The notes: generated from the letters alone by a model not told the origin. A stretch of DNA of 64,000 bases from an uncultured beta proteobacterium (GCA_963740305.1 CAVUDR010000001.1:298642-362641); one strand, 5' to 3'. Positions 1 through 11,157 are shown, numbered from the stretch's first letter. Made by a program: numbers and translations.

Positions 1-1
1 C

Positions 2-541
2 TACTACGTGCTCGCGCCAGCGGAGGCCTCTAGCAATCTATCGCGTTTCGATGGCGTACGTTACGGCTATCGCGCACCGGACTACAGCGACCTGACCGAT
101 ATGTATGAGAAGTCTCGTGCGCAAGGTTTTGGCGAGGAGGTTAAGCGCCGCATCATGATCGGCACATATGTACTCAGTCACGGTTACTACGATGCTTACT
201 ATCTACAAGCGCAGAAGATACGCCGTTTGATTGCACAGGATTTCACCGAAGCGTTCAAGCAATGCGATGTCATCATGGGGCCGACCAGCCCTTCGACCGC
301 GTTCAATCTCGGCGAAAAAGGTGATGACCCAGTGCAGATGTATCTGTCGGACATCTACACCATCGCAGTGAATCTGGCGGGCTTGCCCGGCATGTCTATT
401 CCATGCGGCACAGGCGCGAACGCCATGCCGGTAGGATTGCAGATCATAGGCGACTACTTCAAAGAAGCGCAGATGCTCAATGTCGCGCATCAATATCAAT
501 TGGCGACGGACTGGCACAGCCGCGCACCACAAGGTCTGTAA
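2..541 (+). CDS. gatA: Asp/Glu-tRNA amidotransferase subunit A (5'-truncated by window edge)
   Basis: Amidase motifs [30 protein letters not shown] and [11 protein letters not shown]; directly upstream of gatB; frame open to the window start. Confidence 0.97.
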   Translation, partial: YYVLAPAEASSNLSRFDGVRYGYRAPDYSDLTDMYEKSRAQGFGEEVKRRIMIGTYVLSHGYYDAYYLQAQKIRRLIAQDFTEAFKQCDVIMGPTSPSTAFNLGEKGDDPVQMYLSDIYTIAVNLAGLPGMSIPCGTGANAMPVGLQIIGDYFKEAQMLNVAHQYQLATDWHSRAPQGL

Positions 542-550
542 GGAAACACT

Positions 551-2005
551 ATGAAATGGGAAATCGTCATCGGGCTGGAAGTACATACCCAGCTCTCCAC
601 TAATACCAAGATATTTTCAGGTGCATCGACAGCCTTCGGTGCTGAACCGAACACGCAAGCCGATGCGGTGAGCATTGCCTTGCCGGGTGTGCTGCCGGTG
701 CTGAATAAGGGCGCGGTCGAGCGCGCCATTAAATTCGGTCTGGCGGTTGGCGCGCATATTGCACCGCGCTCAGTGTTCGCCCGCAAAAATTACTTCTACC
801 CTGACCTACCCAAGGGTTATCAGATCAGCCAGATGGATCTACCCGTGGTTGGCAAAGGTGCGCTGACCATACAGGTCGAGCCATTGTCCGGTAATGCGAA
901 GCCGTATGAAAAAGTGGTACGCATCACGCGCGCTCATCTGGAAGAAGATGCAGGAAAGTCTGTGCATGGTGCGTCGCAAAATATGACGGGCATAGACTTG
1001 AACCGTGCGGGTACACCATTGCTGGAAATCGTGTCTGAGCCTGATATGTGCTCTGCTGCCGAGGCGGTATCGTATGCGAAGACTTTGCATTCCTTGGTAC
1101 GTTGGATAGGCATCTGTGACGGCAATATGCAGGAAGGTTCTTTTCGCTGTGACGTGAACGTCTCGGTGCGTCGTCCGGGTGAGCCTTTGGGAACACGCCG
1201 CGAGATCAAGAACCTGAATTCTTTTAAGTTCATGCAACAGGCGATCGATTACGAAGTGCAATGGCAGATTGACACGCTAGAAAACGGCGGAAAAATTCAG
1301 CAAGCCACCATCTTGTTTAATCCCGACACGGGCGAGACGCGCGCCATGCGTAGTAAAGAAGATGCGCACGATTATCGCTACTTCCCTGATCCAGATCTGT
1401 TGCCTTTGGATATTTCACCTGCGATGTTGGATGCAGTACGTGCCACCATGCCGGAACTGCCTGTCGCCAAGCAGGCGCGTTATATCGATACATTTGGACT
1501 GTCTGCCTATGATGCGAGCAAACTGACCTCTTCGCGTGAGATGGCTGAATTGTTCGATGCGGTGGTTGTTATGGTGGGTGAGGCGAATGCCAAAGTATGT
1601 GCTAACTGGTTGATAGGTGAAGTGAGCGCTCAGCTGAATCGTGATGGTTTGGATATCTCGCAATGCCCAATCAACGCCCAACAACTAGGCGGCATGCTGG
1701 CACGTATCGTCGATAACACCATCTCAAACTCAGGTGCGAAGGAAGTATTCCGTGTTCTGTGGACCGATGGCGGTAATGCTGATGCCATCATAGAAGCGAA
1801 AGGTTTGAAGCAAGTCTCCGACAGTGGCGCAATCGAGAAGATCATCGATGAGGTGATGGCGGCGAATGCCGACAAGGTTGCCGAGTATCGCAGTGGTAAA
1901 GACAAGCTGTTCGGTTTTTTTGTCGGTGCAGCGATGAAGGCCAGCCAAGGTAAAGCCAATCCTGCACAATTGAATGAGTTACTGAAGAAGAAACTGTCTG
2001 CCTGA
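551..2005 (+). CDS. gatB: Asp/Glu-tRNA amidotransferase subunit B
   Basis: [51 protein letters not shown]. Confidence 0.98.
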   Translation: MKWEIVIGLEVHTQLSTNTKIFSGASTAFGAEPNTQADAVSIALPGVLPVLNKGAVERAIKFGLAVGAHIAPRSVFARKNYFYPDLPKGYQISQMDLPVVGKGALTIQVEPLSGNAKPYEKVVRITRAHLEEDAGKSVHGASQNMTGIDLNRAGTPLLEIVSEPDMCSAAEAVSYAKTLHSLVRWIGICDGNMQEGSFRCDVNVSVRRPGEPLGTRREIKNLNSFKFMQQAIDYEVQWQIDTLENGGKIQQATILFNPDTGETRAMRSKEDAHDYRYFPDPDLLPLDISPAMLDAVRATMPELPVAKQARYIDTFGLSAYDASKLTSSREMAELFDAVVVMVGEANAKVCANWLIGEVSAQLNRDGLDISQCPINAQQLGGMLARIVDNTISNSGAKEVFRVLWTDGGNADAIIEAKGLKQVSDSGAIEKIIDEVMAANADKVAEYRSGKDKLFGFFVGAAMKASQGKANPAQLNELLKKKLSA

Positions 2006-2067
2006 TCTTACGCTTCGCTGTTCGCGGTAGGCGAAACATATCGAACCATTTTTACTAGGAGCTGACT

Positions 2068-3615
2068 ATGTTACGTGCGATCTTACTGTTCGTTGCGACG
2101 ATGATGTTGAGTGCATGCGGGACCAATCCCGTGACACACAAGACCGAGTTCCAATTCGTTTCCGAATCTAAAGAAATTGAGATGGGGCGGCAGAATTATG
2201 TACCTGCCCGCCAACAGCAGGGTGGCGATTATGTCATCGATCCTGAACTGACGGCCTATGTGCAAAGCGTAGGCAATAAGCTGGCGGCGGTATCGGATCG
2301 TAAGCTACCTTATGAGTTCGTGGTGCTCAACGATTCTGTCCCCAATGCATGGGCGATGCCTGGCGGCAAGATCGCATTCAATCGTGGCTTATTGTACGAA
2401 CTTAACAGTGAGGCTGAACTGGCTGCGGTGTTGAGTCACGAGATTGTTCATGCCGCAGCCCGTCACGGTGCCAAGAGCATAGAGAGTAGTACTTTGCTAC
2501 AGGGGTTGATAGTGGCGGCGGGTGCAGCGACGCAAAACAAGAATTATGGCCATCTGGTGGTGGGTAGTGCGCAGCTAAGTTCTCAACTGATTTCCACCAA
2601 ATTTGGTCGGGATGATGAGTCTGAGGCTGATCATTACGGAATGATCTATATGAAACGAGCTGGTTACGATCCGACCGCAGCAGTCACCCTGCAAGAGACT
2701 TTTGTGCGCCTAAGTAAAGGTAATAAATCCAATTTTATCCAAGGCCTGTTTGCCAGCCACCCGCCTTCTGATCAGCGCGTAGCCGATAACAAAGCTACGT
2801 TGGCAGAGATAGGTGCAGGGGGGGAATGGGGGCGTGAAGTTTACGCAGAAAAGGTCAAGCATCTTAAAGCGACCGAGTCTGCTTACAAGGACTATGACGA
2901 GGGTGTAAAGGTGCTTGCTGCAGGTGATGCGGGCAAGGCTGCCAGCTTGGCAAAGCAGGCTATCGCGATTGAGCCTCGTGAAGCACGCTTCCAAGAGTTG
3001 TTGGGTGATGTGGCTCTGGCAAAGAAGGATAATAAGGAGGCACTGAGCTACTACGAAAAAGCTATCAAAATGCAGCCTGACTATTTCCGTCCCCATGTGC
3101 AAAGCGGTATCGCGCTCAATAATCTGGGACGAAAATCCGAGGCGGAAAAGGAACTCAATCGTAGTAATGCCTTGTTGCCCACAGCAACCAGTCATTTTCT
3201 ACTTGGACAGTTAGCAGAAGGGCGCGGTGATGTAAATATTGCGATGCAAAACTATCAACTCGCCTCTTCTTCTAATTCCAAAGTGGGCAAGGATTCGATG
3301 GCGCGCATCATGCAGCTGGATGTGCCACGTAACCCTTCTAAGTATCTTCGTACGGGGGTGCAGCTCGATAATTACGGTAATCTTTATGCCGTCGTGCAGA
3401 ACCCTACCGATGTGGGTTTGGTGCAAGTGAAATTCAGAGTACAACGCTTAGATCCCGCGAATGGACAGCCTGTGGAGCAGACTCAGTTGATTGCTTTGCC
3501 AGGTGAGTTAGTGGCGCAACAGCAGCGCGTCATACGAAGCGGTATGCGGTTGACAGATGTACAGGAAGCTCGCTATTACCGAGTGTATGTCGAGCGTGCC
3601 GAGGCGATACGCTAG
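2068..3615 (+). CDS. M48 family zinc metalloprotease lipoprotein with TPR repeats (BepA/YfgC-like)
   Basis: Lipobox LSAC, PNAWAMPGG, HEIVH (HExxH), ESEAD, SHP motif, then TPR-like helices. Confidence 0.88.
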   Translation: MLRAILLFVATMMLSACGTNPVTHKTEFQFVSESKEIEMGRQNYVPARQQQGGDYVIDPELTAYVQSVGNKLAAVSDRKLPYEFVVLNDSVPNAWAMPGGKIAFNRGLLYELNSEAELAAVLSHEIVHAAARHGAKSIESSTLLQGLIVAAGAATQNKNYGHLVVGSAQLSSQLISTKFGRDDESEADHYGMIYMKRAGYDPTAAVTLQETFVRLSKGNKSNFIQGLFASHPPSDQRVADNKATLAEIGAGGEWGREVYAEKVKHLKATESAYKDYDEGVKVLAAGDAGKAASLAKQAIAIEPREARFQELLGDVALAKKDNKEALSYYEKAIKMQPDYFRPHVQSGIALNNLGRKSEAEKELNRSNALLPTATSHFLLGQLAEGRGDVNIAMQNYQLASSSNSKVGKDSMARIMQLDVPRNPSKYLRTGVQLDNYGNLYAVVQNPTDVGLVQVKFRVQRLDPANGQPVEQTQLIALPGELVAQQQRVIRSGMRLTDVQEARYYRVYVERAEAIR

Positions 3616-4334
3616 TCGTCCAAGTCAAAACGCATCACACGATAAAAACGATAGAAGCAATGCTGCACGTCGGGCGAGTCTTTTAGCGCTTTGCCGCGTC
3701 GGGAGAGCGCATCGTGTAATTTCACAGCCACATCCTCGCCCCAGAATCCGGGTAAGAACGGTTCTAGGCGCGCCAAAATCCAGCGGAAGGGCGGGAGGCG
3801 GTAAAGCAAGTGGTGACGGGGTGTCTCGCCATATTCGGTGATGAGGACAGAGCCACCAGGGCGAAGTACTCGCGCGATCTCGTCATATACATGTTGCCGC
3901 GCTTCTGCTGGCATCTCATGAAACAAGAAAAACAAGATGACCTGATCGAAGGCGTTATCTGCATACGCGAGTGACTCCGCATTCATGCGCGCCAGATGGC
4001 AGCGGTCAGCAACATCTCGTGTCTTGCCACGCGCCAGTTGTAACTGACCAATAGCAACGTCACACAAATGCACCTCGTTGTCGGTGTGATGTAATAAGGA
4101 GGGCGTGAGTTTGCCGTATACGCAGGTGAGTTGCAGCAAGCGTGCATCTGGCTTGCCCTCAACCTTTGATAGTGTCTTATTCAGTAGCGTGTTGTATTGG
4201 CCGAACAGGATGGCATTGATGATGGGTTGGTGGTCGAAGAACCAGATGCTCTTCTCCCATAGATAAGCCCACCAATAATGTCGTGCCAGATAATCTGGTA
4301 CGCCGCCTGTCAGGAATTTTTTGTACAAAGGCAT
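3612..4334 (-). CDS. rquA: Rhodoquinone biosynthesis methyltransferase-like protein RquA
   Basis: N-terminal PDYLARHYWWAY...IINAILFGQY motif, atypical SAM motif LQLTCVYG, FFLFHEMP and RVLRPGG; matches the RquA pattern as I recall it. Confidence 0.8.
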   Translation of the reverse strand: MPLYKKFLTGGVPDYLARHYWWAYLWEKSIWFFDHQPIINAILFGQYNTLLNKTLSKVEGKPDARLLQLTCVYGKLTPSLLHHTDNEVHLCDVAIGQLQLARGKTRDVADRCHLARMNAESLAYADNAFDQVILFFLFHEMPAEARQHVYDEIARVLRPGGSVLITEYGETPRHHLLYRLPPFRWILARLEPFLPGFWGEDVAVKLHDALSRRGKALKDSPDVQHCFYRFYRVMRFDLDD

Positions 4335-4342
4335 GAAGGACC

Positions 4343-5092
4343 TCAGCTAGGGTGACACACGCTGCAATGAGGGTCGGGTCGCAGTGCAACCTGACGAATG
4401 TTCATCTGCAAAGCGTCCACCGTCAGCATGCGCGCGTTCAAGCCGGACGCTATTCCCATCAGTAGTTTCAAAGCTTCAGCAGCCTGTATCGTGCCTATGA
4501 TGCCCACCAGTGGCGAGAACACACCAGTGGTGGCGCAACGTAATTCCTGCGCTTCACTATCTTCAGGATAAAGGCAGTTGTAGCAGGGGATGTCGTCGCG
4601 GCGGAAGTCGAACACTGAAGCCATCCCGGAGAACTGTATAGCCGCCCCCGACACTAGCGGTTTTCTCAACTCGTGACAGATGCGATTGATAGCATAGCGT
4701 GTGTCGAAGTTATCTGAGCAGTCTAGCACCACATCTGTCTGTGCGATGAGAGTGCGTAGACGTGCGGTATCGGCGCGCTCATTTATTGGTACGTAGCTGA
4801 TCTCGGGGTTGATATGGGTGAGGGTAGCGACCGCCGAAGCGACTTTGCTCTGTCCTAGCGCGGAGGTTTGGTGCGCGATTTGGCGCTGTAGATTACTCAG
4901 CTCGACGGTGTCGTGGTCACACAGTGTGAGTTCGCCTACACCGCTGGAGGCTAGATACAGCGAGGCCGGTGAGCCTAGTCCGCCTAGCCCGATGATGAGC
5001 GCCTTGCTGCTGAGTAATCGTTGCTGACCTTCTATACCGATCTCGTCGAGCAGGATGTGGCGACTGTAACGCAGTAGCTGACTATCATTCAT
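4343..5092 (-). CDS. moeB: HesA/MoeB/ThiF family adenylyltransferase
   Basis: RYSRHILL, GLGGLGSP, SNLQRQI, DCSDNF, CYNC and CSVC zinc motifs. Confidence 0.88.
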   Translation of the reverse strand: MNDSQLLRYSRHILLDEIGIEGQQRLLSSKALIIGLGGLGSPASLYLASSGVGELTLCDHDTVELSNLQRQIAHQTSALGQSKVASAVATLTHINPEISYVPINERADTARLRTLIAQTDVVLDCSDNFDTRYAINRICHELRKPLVSGAAIQFSGMASVFDFRRDDIPCYNCLYPEDSEAQELRCATTGVFSPLVGIIGTIQAAEALKLLMGIASGLNARMLTVDALQMNIRQVALRPDPHCSVCHPS

Positions 5093-5098
5093 GCACGA

Positions 5099-5506
5099 TT
5101 ACTTATAGCGACGCAATTCAGGCGGCGTGGTTTCGTCGTGATCACCGTGTAGATGGGTGTCGTAAGCGCGTATGAAGATTTCTTTTTCGCGTCGTTTGGT
5201 GGGATGGTCAGGCACATCCATATTGTGTAACTCTGTGTCTTCACAATAGTGGATGACCTGACGGCTGATTCGATGCAGCAGGCTATTATCCAGCACGAAA
5301 CCTTGTTCTACCAAGGCGTGTTCCAAGCCAGCCATGGTGTAGTGCTCCAAGCTATAGCAGATCACTAACGTATTGGGCTTTTCGCTACGGTGTACCTCAA
5401 AGTCCTCTAAGCCGAACAATAACTGCAAGGCTTTATCTACTTGCTCAGAAGGCTCCTCGGCGAAAATTAGCTCGCGTTTTTTTTGCATGTCGCAGGGGTT
5501 GATCAT
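5099..5506 (-). CDS. Hypothetical protein, possibly HMA/ferredoxin-like fold with a His-rich C-terminal motif
   Basis: 135 aa ORF tightly packed between ctpA and moeB on the same strand; C-terminal HLHGDHD. Confidence 0.7.
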   Translation of the reverse strand: MINPCDMQKKRELIFAEEPSEQVDKALQLLFGLEDFEVHRSEKPNTLVICYSLEHYTMAGLEHALVEQGFVLDNSLLHRISRQVIHYCEDTELHNMDVPDHPTKRREKEIFIRAYDTHLHGDHDETTPPELRRYK

Positions 5507-5530
5507 GATGTCCTCGCAGTGTCTCAGCGA

Positions 5531-6916
5531 TCATTTACCGTGCAGGATCTGCATCCCTTTAAGCAGATTCAGAGCCTGGTTCAATTGATAATCGTTCTTG
5601 GAGCCGAATTCGGCAGGGGCTGTCTTGTTGGCGTCTGGTTTATCTATCACCTGTGTAGGCTTCTTGCTGTCGCCCTTGTCTTCAGCTTGGGTATCGTTGA
5701 TCAGGTGCTTATCTAGATCGGCTTCACGCAGACGGAAGGCATTTTCTAGGGCTGTCGTCGACGGATCTTCAACCAAAATGTCAGGTACGATGCCTTTGGC
5801 CTGTATGGAGCGACCACTAGGGGTGTAATAACGCGCAGTAGTGAGTTTCACAGCAGTGTTATTGCCCAGTGGCAATATGGTTTGGACAGAGCCTTTGCCA
5901 AAGGTCTGTGTTCCCATGATAACTGCGCGTTTGTGATCTTGCAGTGCGCCGGCTACGATTTCGGATGCCGATGCAGAGCCGCCATTGACTAGCACCACCA
6001 TAGGCACGCTCTTGACCGCTTCGGGTAGGTTCTTCAAGTAGTCTGATTTGCCGCTACTGCGGATGTAATTTTCTGGATTAGCAGTGAGACGCATCTTGGC
6101 ATCGTCAGTGCGACCATCGGTATAGACCACCAAGGCATCTTTAGCCAAGAATGCAGCGGACACGCCAACAGCGCCTGTCAGCAAGCCACCTGGGTCATTA
6201 CGCAGATCTAGGATCAGACCTTTCATTTCGCCCTTGTTCTCTTTGAAGAGCTTTTCCAACGCACTGGCAAGATTCTCGCCTGTGTGTTCTTGGAATTGGG
6301 TGATGCGCACGAATACATAGCCCGATTCGAGCAGCTTAGCCTTAACGCTCTGCACCTTGATGATGGCACGCGTCACGCTGATGAGTAGTGGTTTGGATTC
6401 GTTCTTGCGGATGATGGTGAGTAGTATCTTGCTGCCTGGTTTGCCGCGCATGCGTTTCACCGCATCATTCAGCGACAGGCCTTTGACCAGCATGTCATCC
6501 AATTTGATGATCAGATCGCCGCTCTTTACACCTGCCTGGAAAGCGGGTGTGTCCTCGATAGGAGAGATGACTTTGACGAGACCGTCTTCCATGCCGACTT
6601 CTATTCCCAGTCCACCGAATTCACCTTGGGTGCTGGATTGCAGCTCTTTGAATGCATCCGCATCTAAATAGGCAGAGTGGGGATCCAAGCCGCTGACCAT
6701 GCCATTGATGGCTTGGGTGATTAGGGTCTTGTCGGAAACCGGCTCTACATAATCACTTTTGATCCGTCCGAATACGTCCGTGAATGCGCGCATCTCTTCG
6801 ACGGGGAGCGGGGTTGCTAGCGTGTCTTTTTGCGCGACAGCAGTCAAATGTATGGTCAGCGCCACACCTGTGAATAAACCCAGACCCACTAAACTCAATT
6901 TCTCTAAACGACGCAT
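5531..6916 (-). CDS. ctpA: S41 family carboxyl-terminal processing protease
   Basis: LDPHSAYL, PDZ GLGIEV, DLRNDPGGLL, SASASEIVAGALQD, GKGSVQ. Confidence 0.95.
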   Translation of the reverse strand: MRRLEKLSLVGLGLFTGVALTIHLTAVAQKDTLATPLPVEEMRAFTDVFGRIKSDYVEPVSDKTLITQAINGMVSGLDPHSAYLDADAFKELQSSTQGEFGGLGIEVGMEDGLVKVISPIEDTPAFQAGVKSGDLIIKLDDMLVKGLSLNDAVKRMRGKPGSKILLTIIRKNESKPLLISVTRAIIKVQSVKAKLLESGYVFVRITQFQEHTGENLASALEKLFKENKGEMKGLILDLRNDPGGLLTGAVGVSAAFLAKDALVVYTDGRTDDAKMRLTANPENYIRSSGKSDYLKNLPEAVKSVPMVVLVNGGSASASEIVAGALQDHKRAVIMGTQTFGKGSVQTILPLGNNTAVKLTTARYYTPSGRSIQAKGIVPDILVEDPSTTALENAFRLREADLDKHLINDTQAEDKGDSKKPTQVIDKPDANKTAPAEFGSKNDYQLNQALNLLKGMQILHGK

Positions 6917-6929
6917 GTGTGCTCCATAA

Positions 6930-8102
6930 TTATTTTGCTGCTAGCCACTTAAGGGGATCCAAAGGCTTACTTTCTAATCGCAGTTCAAAGTATAAACCAG
7001 TATCTTCATTACCGCCGCTGTTGCCTACAGTCGCTATCGTGTCGCCCCCACGTAGTTCATCTCCTACTTGTTTATAGAGTGTTTCATTGTTGCCGTACAA
7101 ACTCATATAACCCTTGCCATGATCGACGATCAGCAGATTACCGAAGCCGCGTAGCCAGTCAGCGAAAACGACTCGACCAGCGGCGATGGTTTTGACCACT
7201 TGACCTTCGGCGGCGCGGACGAAAATACCTTTCCACAACACTGTACTCTCTGGGCGGGGAGCACCGAATCGGTTGGTGATATCGCCTTTGACGGGGATGG
7301 CGAGTTTGCCCTTAAGTTGTGCGAAGGGCCTGCCGTCATAGCGGTCGTCGGGCAATTTGTTGTTGCGGAAAATAGACGTGGACTTAGGTTGGGCCAGCAT
7401 CTGGGTGATCTTTTCGACCAATTGGGCTAGACGATTCTCATCTTGTTGCAAGCGATGTATCTCACGGCGCTGCCCCTTGAGTTGCTGCGATATCTGGGCC
7501 AGAGTTTTTTTGCGCTGTTGGCGTTTTTCCTTGAGGGCGAGTTGCTGTGTCTTTTGTTCGGCCTCTAATTTTTGTAGCGTGACGCGTTGTTCTTCAGTCG
7601 CGCTGCTAAGGCTGGCGATCTTTTGCAGATTAGCGCGCATAGTGTTCAGCCAATTCGCACGATTGCGCGCGATATAGTGGTAATACTCAAGGTCGCGCGC
7701 GACTTGATTGGGGTCGCGGTTGCTCAATAACAGTTTGGCATATTCTTCTTGCCCGCCGAGGTACTGTTGGTAGAGCAAGCGCCCAAGCAAAATTTGCTGT
7801 CCGGCCATGTTTTTGCTTAGCTGTTCTTGTTTGGACTGCAACTCGTTGAGTTTTTGGTCGGCGATGCGTTGCTGGGACGAGAGGAGGGAAATCTGGCGAT
7901 TCACGTTGCTGATGGAGTGCTCAGATTCACGCAAGGCATCGGAAGCGGCAGCTTTTGATTCGGTGGTCTTGTCCATATCGCGCTGCATGGCAGAGATGCG
8001 TTCACGCAGATTTTCCAACTCTGCATGCTGATCTGCATGCACGCTACGGATGGTGAGCAGGAAACAGCACATCAGCAGCAAACAGCGGATATATAAGGTC
8101 AC
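6930..8102 (-). CDS. envC: Murein hydrolase activator EnvC (coiled coil plus degenerate M23 domain)
   Basis: Signal peptide, long coiled coil, WKGIF...[17 protein letters not shown]...LYFELR; lies between gpmI and ctpA. Confidence 0.9.
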   Translation of the reverse strand: MTLYIRCLLLMCCFLLTIRSVHADQHAELENLRERISAMQRDMDKTTESKAAASDALRESEHSISNVNRQISLLSSQQRIADQKLNELQSKQEQLSKNMAGQQILLGRLLYQQYLGGQEEYAKLLLSNRDPNQVARDLEYYHYIARNRANWLNTMRANLQKIASLSSATEEQRVTLQKLEAEQKTQQLALKEKRQQRKKTLAQISQQLKGQRREIHRLQQDENRLAQLVEKITQMLAQPKSTSIFRNNKLPDDRYDGRPFAQLKGKLAIPVKGDITNRFGAPRPESTVLWKGIFVRAAEGQVVKTIAAGRVVFADWLRGFGNLLIVDHGKGYMSLYGNNETLYKQVGDELRGGDTIATVGNSGGNEDTGLYFELRLESKPLDPLKWLAAK

Positions 8103-9637
8103 TGGAAGCGTATCAAACTCTGCCCGGTCATTTCTTCGGGTTTGGACAGGCCCATCATGTGCAATAGGGTAGGTGCTAGGTCACGCAAAGCCCCTTTCTC
8201 TGCGACCGCAGCTTGGCGCCCGATATAGACGAATGGCACTAGGTTCAGTGTGTGTGCGGTATGCGCCTGATGAGTGCTGCGATCTATCATCTGTTCAGCA
8301 TTGCCGTGGTCTGCCGTGATGATGACCTCGCCACCTATGGATTGCATGGCTTTGACCACTCGACCTATACAGATGTCTAAGGTTTCGATGGCCTTGGTGG
8401 CTGCTACCATGTCGCCGCTGTGGCCGACCATGTCGCCATTGGCGTAGTTGCAAATCATAGTCTGGTACTGGCGCGACAAGATGGCTGCTTCGAGTTTGTC
8501 GGTTACTTCGAATGCGCTCATTTCTGGCTTGAGATCGTAGGTCGCCACTTTGGGTGAGGGCACCAAAATGCGGTCTTCGCCAGCATAAGGTTGCTCCTTG
8601 CCGCCGTTCATGAAATAGGTGACGTGTGCATATTTTTCGGTCTCGGCGATACGCAGTTGCTTCATGCCTTGTTTGGAAAGGTATTCGCCCAAAGTGTTGT
8701 GTATGGCTTCCGCGCGGTAGGCGCACGGTTGGTGAAAATCCTCACCGTAGTTGCTCAGGGTGGTGATGTTGCCTAGTTTTGGGAAGTATTTGCGTGCGAA
8801 GCCACTAAAGTTCTCGTCGCTCAGTGCGCGAGTAATCTCGCGGGCTCGGTCGGCACGAAAATTCATGAATATCAGCGTGTCACCATCATTCATACGCACC
8901 GCTGCTTGGCCCGCAGGGGCGACGCTAGTGGCTTGTACGAACTCATCGTTTTCGCCCCGCGCATATGCGTCTTCCAGTGCAGCCTGTGCAGTTTCAGCGC
9001 TGAATAATCCTTGACCTTGAGTCAGTAAATCATAAGCGGTTTCTACTCTATCCCAACGATTGTCGCGATCCATCGCGAAATAGCGTCCTATCACGGAGGC
9101 AATCTGTCCTACACCTAGCTTGTCGCATAGAGCTTGTAGGGTCTGCAAGGATGGGCCCGCACTCTTGGGTGGCGTATCACGACCATCAAGGAAGGCATGT
9201 AGATATACTTTCTTTAGGCCTGCCTTGGCTGCCATCTCCAACATGGCATAGATGTGGTTCTCGTGGCTGTGCACGCCACCAGCAGAAAGCAGTCCCATTA
9301 TGTGCAGTGCACTACCATTATTTAAAGCATGTTTAATCGCGGCGCGCAAAGCGGTATTGTCGAAGAATTTGCCTTCTTCAATTTCTACGTCTATGCGGCT
9401 GATGTCTTGGTATACCACGCGGCCGGCCCCTATATTAAGATGCCCTACTTCCGAGTTACCCATCTGATGACTAGGAAGTCCAACTGCCTTTTCTGATGCG
9501 TCAATCAAGGTGTGAGGGTAGTCGCGCCAGAATCCATCCCAATTTGGTTTATGGGCTGCGGCGATGGCGTTGTAGTCGGCATCTTCGCGATATCCGAAGC
9601 CGTCCAAGATAATCAGTAAAACAGGAGTGATGTTCAT
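8099..9637 (-). CDS. gpmI: 2,3-bisphosphoglycerate-independent phosphoglycerate mutase
   Basis: [43 protein letters not shown]; start set at ATG 9637 because the longer ORF overlaps arsR. Confidence 0.97.
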   Translation of the reverse strand: MNITPVLLIILDGFGYREDADYNAIAAAHKPNWDGFWRDYPHTLIDASEKAVGLPSHQMGNSEVGHLNIGAGRVVYQDISRIDVEIEEGKFFDNTALRAAIKHALNNGSALHIMGLLSAGGVHSHENHIYAMLEMAAKAGLKKVYLHAFLDGRDTPPKSAGPSLQTLQALCDKLGVGQIASVIGRYFAMDRDNRWDRVETAYDLLTQGQGLFSAETAQAALEDAYARGENDEFVQATSVAPAGQAAVRMNDGDTLIFMNFRADRAREITRALSDENFSGFARKYFPKLGNITTLSNYGEDFHQPCAYRAEAIHNTLGEYLSKQGMKQLRIAETEKYAHVTYFMNGGKEQPYAGEDRILVPSPKVATYDLKPEMSAFEVTDKLEAAILSRQYQTMICNYANGDMVGHSGDMVAATKAIETLDICIGRVVKAMQSIGGEVIITADHGNAEQMIDRSTHQAHTAHTLNLVPFVYIGRQAAVAEKGALRDLAPTLLHMMGLSKPEEMTGQSLIRFQ

Positions 9638-9721
9638 CAGGTAATATATAAGTAAGCGATAATTTTTAAACATTCGCATTTTAGCCGAATTCGTCGTGAA
9701 TTTTATAACCCCGAGGTTTAT

Positions 9722-10024
9722 ATGCAACATCCCATCATAGCTAGAGAGCAAGATATCAACCAAGCGTCGCAAGCAATCAAGGCCATGGCTCACCCCTTGC
9801 GCCTGAAGATATTGTGTTTTTTGGGTGATCAGGAGGTCAGCGTGCAAGACATCGTCGAATACGTGGGCACCTCGCAAAGCAATATCTCACAACACTTGGC
9901 CATCTTGCGCGACAAAGGCGTGTTGGCGACCCGCAAAGAGGCTAATTTTGTTTACTACCGCATCAATGACCCGCGCACCTTGAAATTGGTGGGTTTGATG
10001 CGGGAGGTGTTCTGCAGCAACTGA
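9722..10024 (+). CDS. ArsR/SmtB family regulator, BigR/SqrR/YgaV-type persulfide sensor
   Basis: [10 protein letters not shown]...[13 protein letters not shown] wHTH; one Cys in the ILC helix and one at the C-terminal FC, the pair typical of BigR/SqrR. Confidence 0.85.
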   Translation: MQHPIIAREQDINQASQAIKAMAHPLRLKILCFLGDQEVSVQDIVEYVGTSQSNISQHLAILRDKGVLATRKEANFVYYRINDPRTLKLVGLMREVFCSN

Positions 10025-10045
10025 AAAGTTGTTTGATTATATTGA

Positions 10046-10065
10046 GTATTAGTATATGCTAATAC
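10046..10065. promoter_or_regulatory. Near-perfect 20 bp palindrome, putative ArsR (SqrR/BigR-type) operator
   Basis: GTATTAGTAT/ATGCTAATAC (one mismatch) in an AT-rich gap between arsR and the RND adaptor gene. Confidence 0.6.
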
Positions 10066-10074
10066 ATTGTATTA

Positions 10075-11112
10075 ATGATTTTTGGGATGTCTAAGATGAA
10101 AAACATATGGATGTTTGGTGTATTGCTGGGTGGTGTGATGTCGGTTCATGCGGCTGAGCAACTAGCGGTCGCGCCTGTTGAATATCGCGAGGTCGCACAA
10201 ACTTATGTCGCTGAAGGATTGGTAGAGGCGACACGCCAGTCGACGGTGTCTGCGCAGATATCAGGTCGGGTGAAAGAAATATATTTTGATGTGGGTGATC
10301 GAGTCAAGCCAGGGCAGCTGATCTTGCGCATAGATGAGCGGGAGTCGGTGCAAGCCTTGGCCGGTAGTCAGGCGCAATTGGCGCAATCGCAAGCTAATCT
10401 GCAGAACGCTAAGTCGACTTACGAGCGTGCCAAGCAAATGTTTGCACAAAAATTCATCAGCCAGGCTGCATTGGATAAAGCCGAAGCGGATTATCAGGTT
10501 GCCGTAGCGCAAGCTGCTGCAAGCAGTGCGGGAGCGAGTCAGGCTGGGCTGGCACATGCATATACCTCAGTGATTGCACCTTACGGTGGCGTAGTGGCTT
10601 CGCGTCATGTGGAAGTAGGTGAGATGGTGATGCCAGGTAAGCCATTGATGACGGGCTTTGATCCCTCAGAGATGAGGGTATTAGTGAGCTTGCCGCAATA
10701 CAAGTTGGCTGAGATTGGCAAGCACCCTGAGGTGGCAGTTGAGTTGCCCACGCTTGGTAGGTACATCAAGGCAGCATCGACCCAGGTTCAGCCTTTAGCG
10801 GATGCACGTACGCATGGTACCGAGGCGCGTGTCACGCTGCCGCCAAATGAGGAGGGTATCTATCCTGGTATGTTTGTGCGTGCGCATTTTGTGATTGGTA
10901 AAGTTAAAAAATTGATGTTGCCCGTGAGTGCAGTGCTGCATCGTAGTGAAGTAGTTGCTGTCTACGTGGTCGATGACAAGGGTGGTGTTAAGTTGCGTCA
11001 AGTGCGTTTGGGCGATGTAAGTACAGATGGCGGAGTGGAAGTGCTGGCTGGATTATCGGCTGGTGAGAAGGTGGCATTGGACCCGATCAAGGCAGGCATG
11101 ATCAGGAGGTGA
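10075..11112 (+). CDS. Efflux RND transporter periplasmic adaptor (MFP) subunit
   Basis: Lipoyl halves VSAQISGRV..GDRV..GQLI and APYGGVV..VGEMV, alpha-hairpin, YPGMF; true start may be 10087 or 10096. Confidence 0.9.
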   Translation: MIFGMSKMKNIWMFGVLLGGVMSVHAAEQLAVAPVEYREVAQTYVAEGLVEATRQSTVSAQISGRVKEIYFDVGDRVKPGQLILRIDERESVQALAGSQAQLAQSQANLQNAKSTYERAKQMFAQKFISQAALDKAEADYQVAVAQAAASSAGASQAGLAHAYTSVIAPYGGVVASRHVEVGEMVMPGKPLMTGFDPSEMRVLVSLPQYKLAEIGKHPEVAVELPTLGRYIKAASTQVQPLADARTHGTEARVTLPPNEEGIYPGMFVRAHFVIGKVKKLMLPVSAVLHRSEVVAVYVVDDKGGVKLRQVRLGDVSTDGGVEVLAGLSAGEKVALDPIKAGMIRR

Positions 11113-11157
11113 TTGTTGGCAGTACGTAGCAATAAATAAACTTGGGAGAGTAAAGCA

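Noticed and set aside
9638-9877. 80 aa N-terminal extension of GpmI in the ORF track
   Set aside because: It overlaps the divergent arsR gene; homology begins at [13 protein letters not shown]
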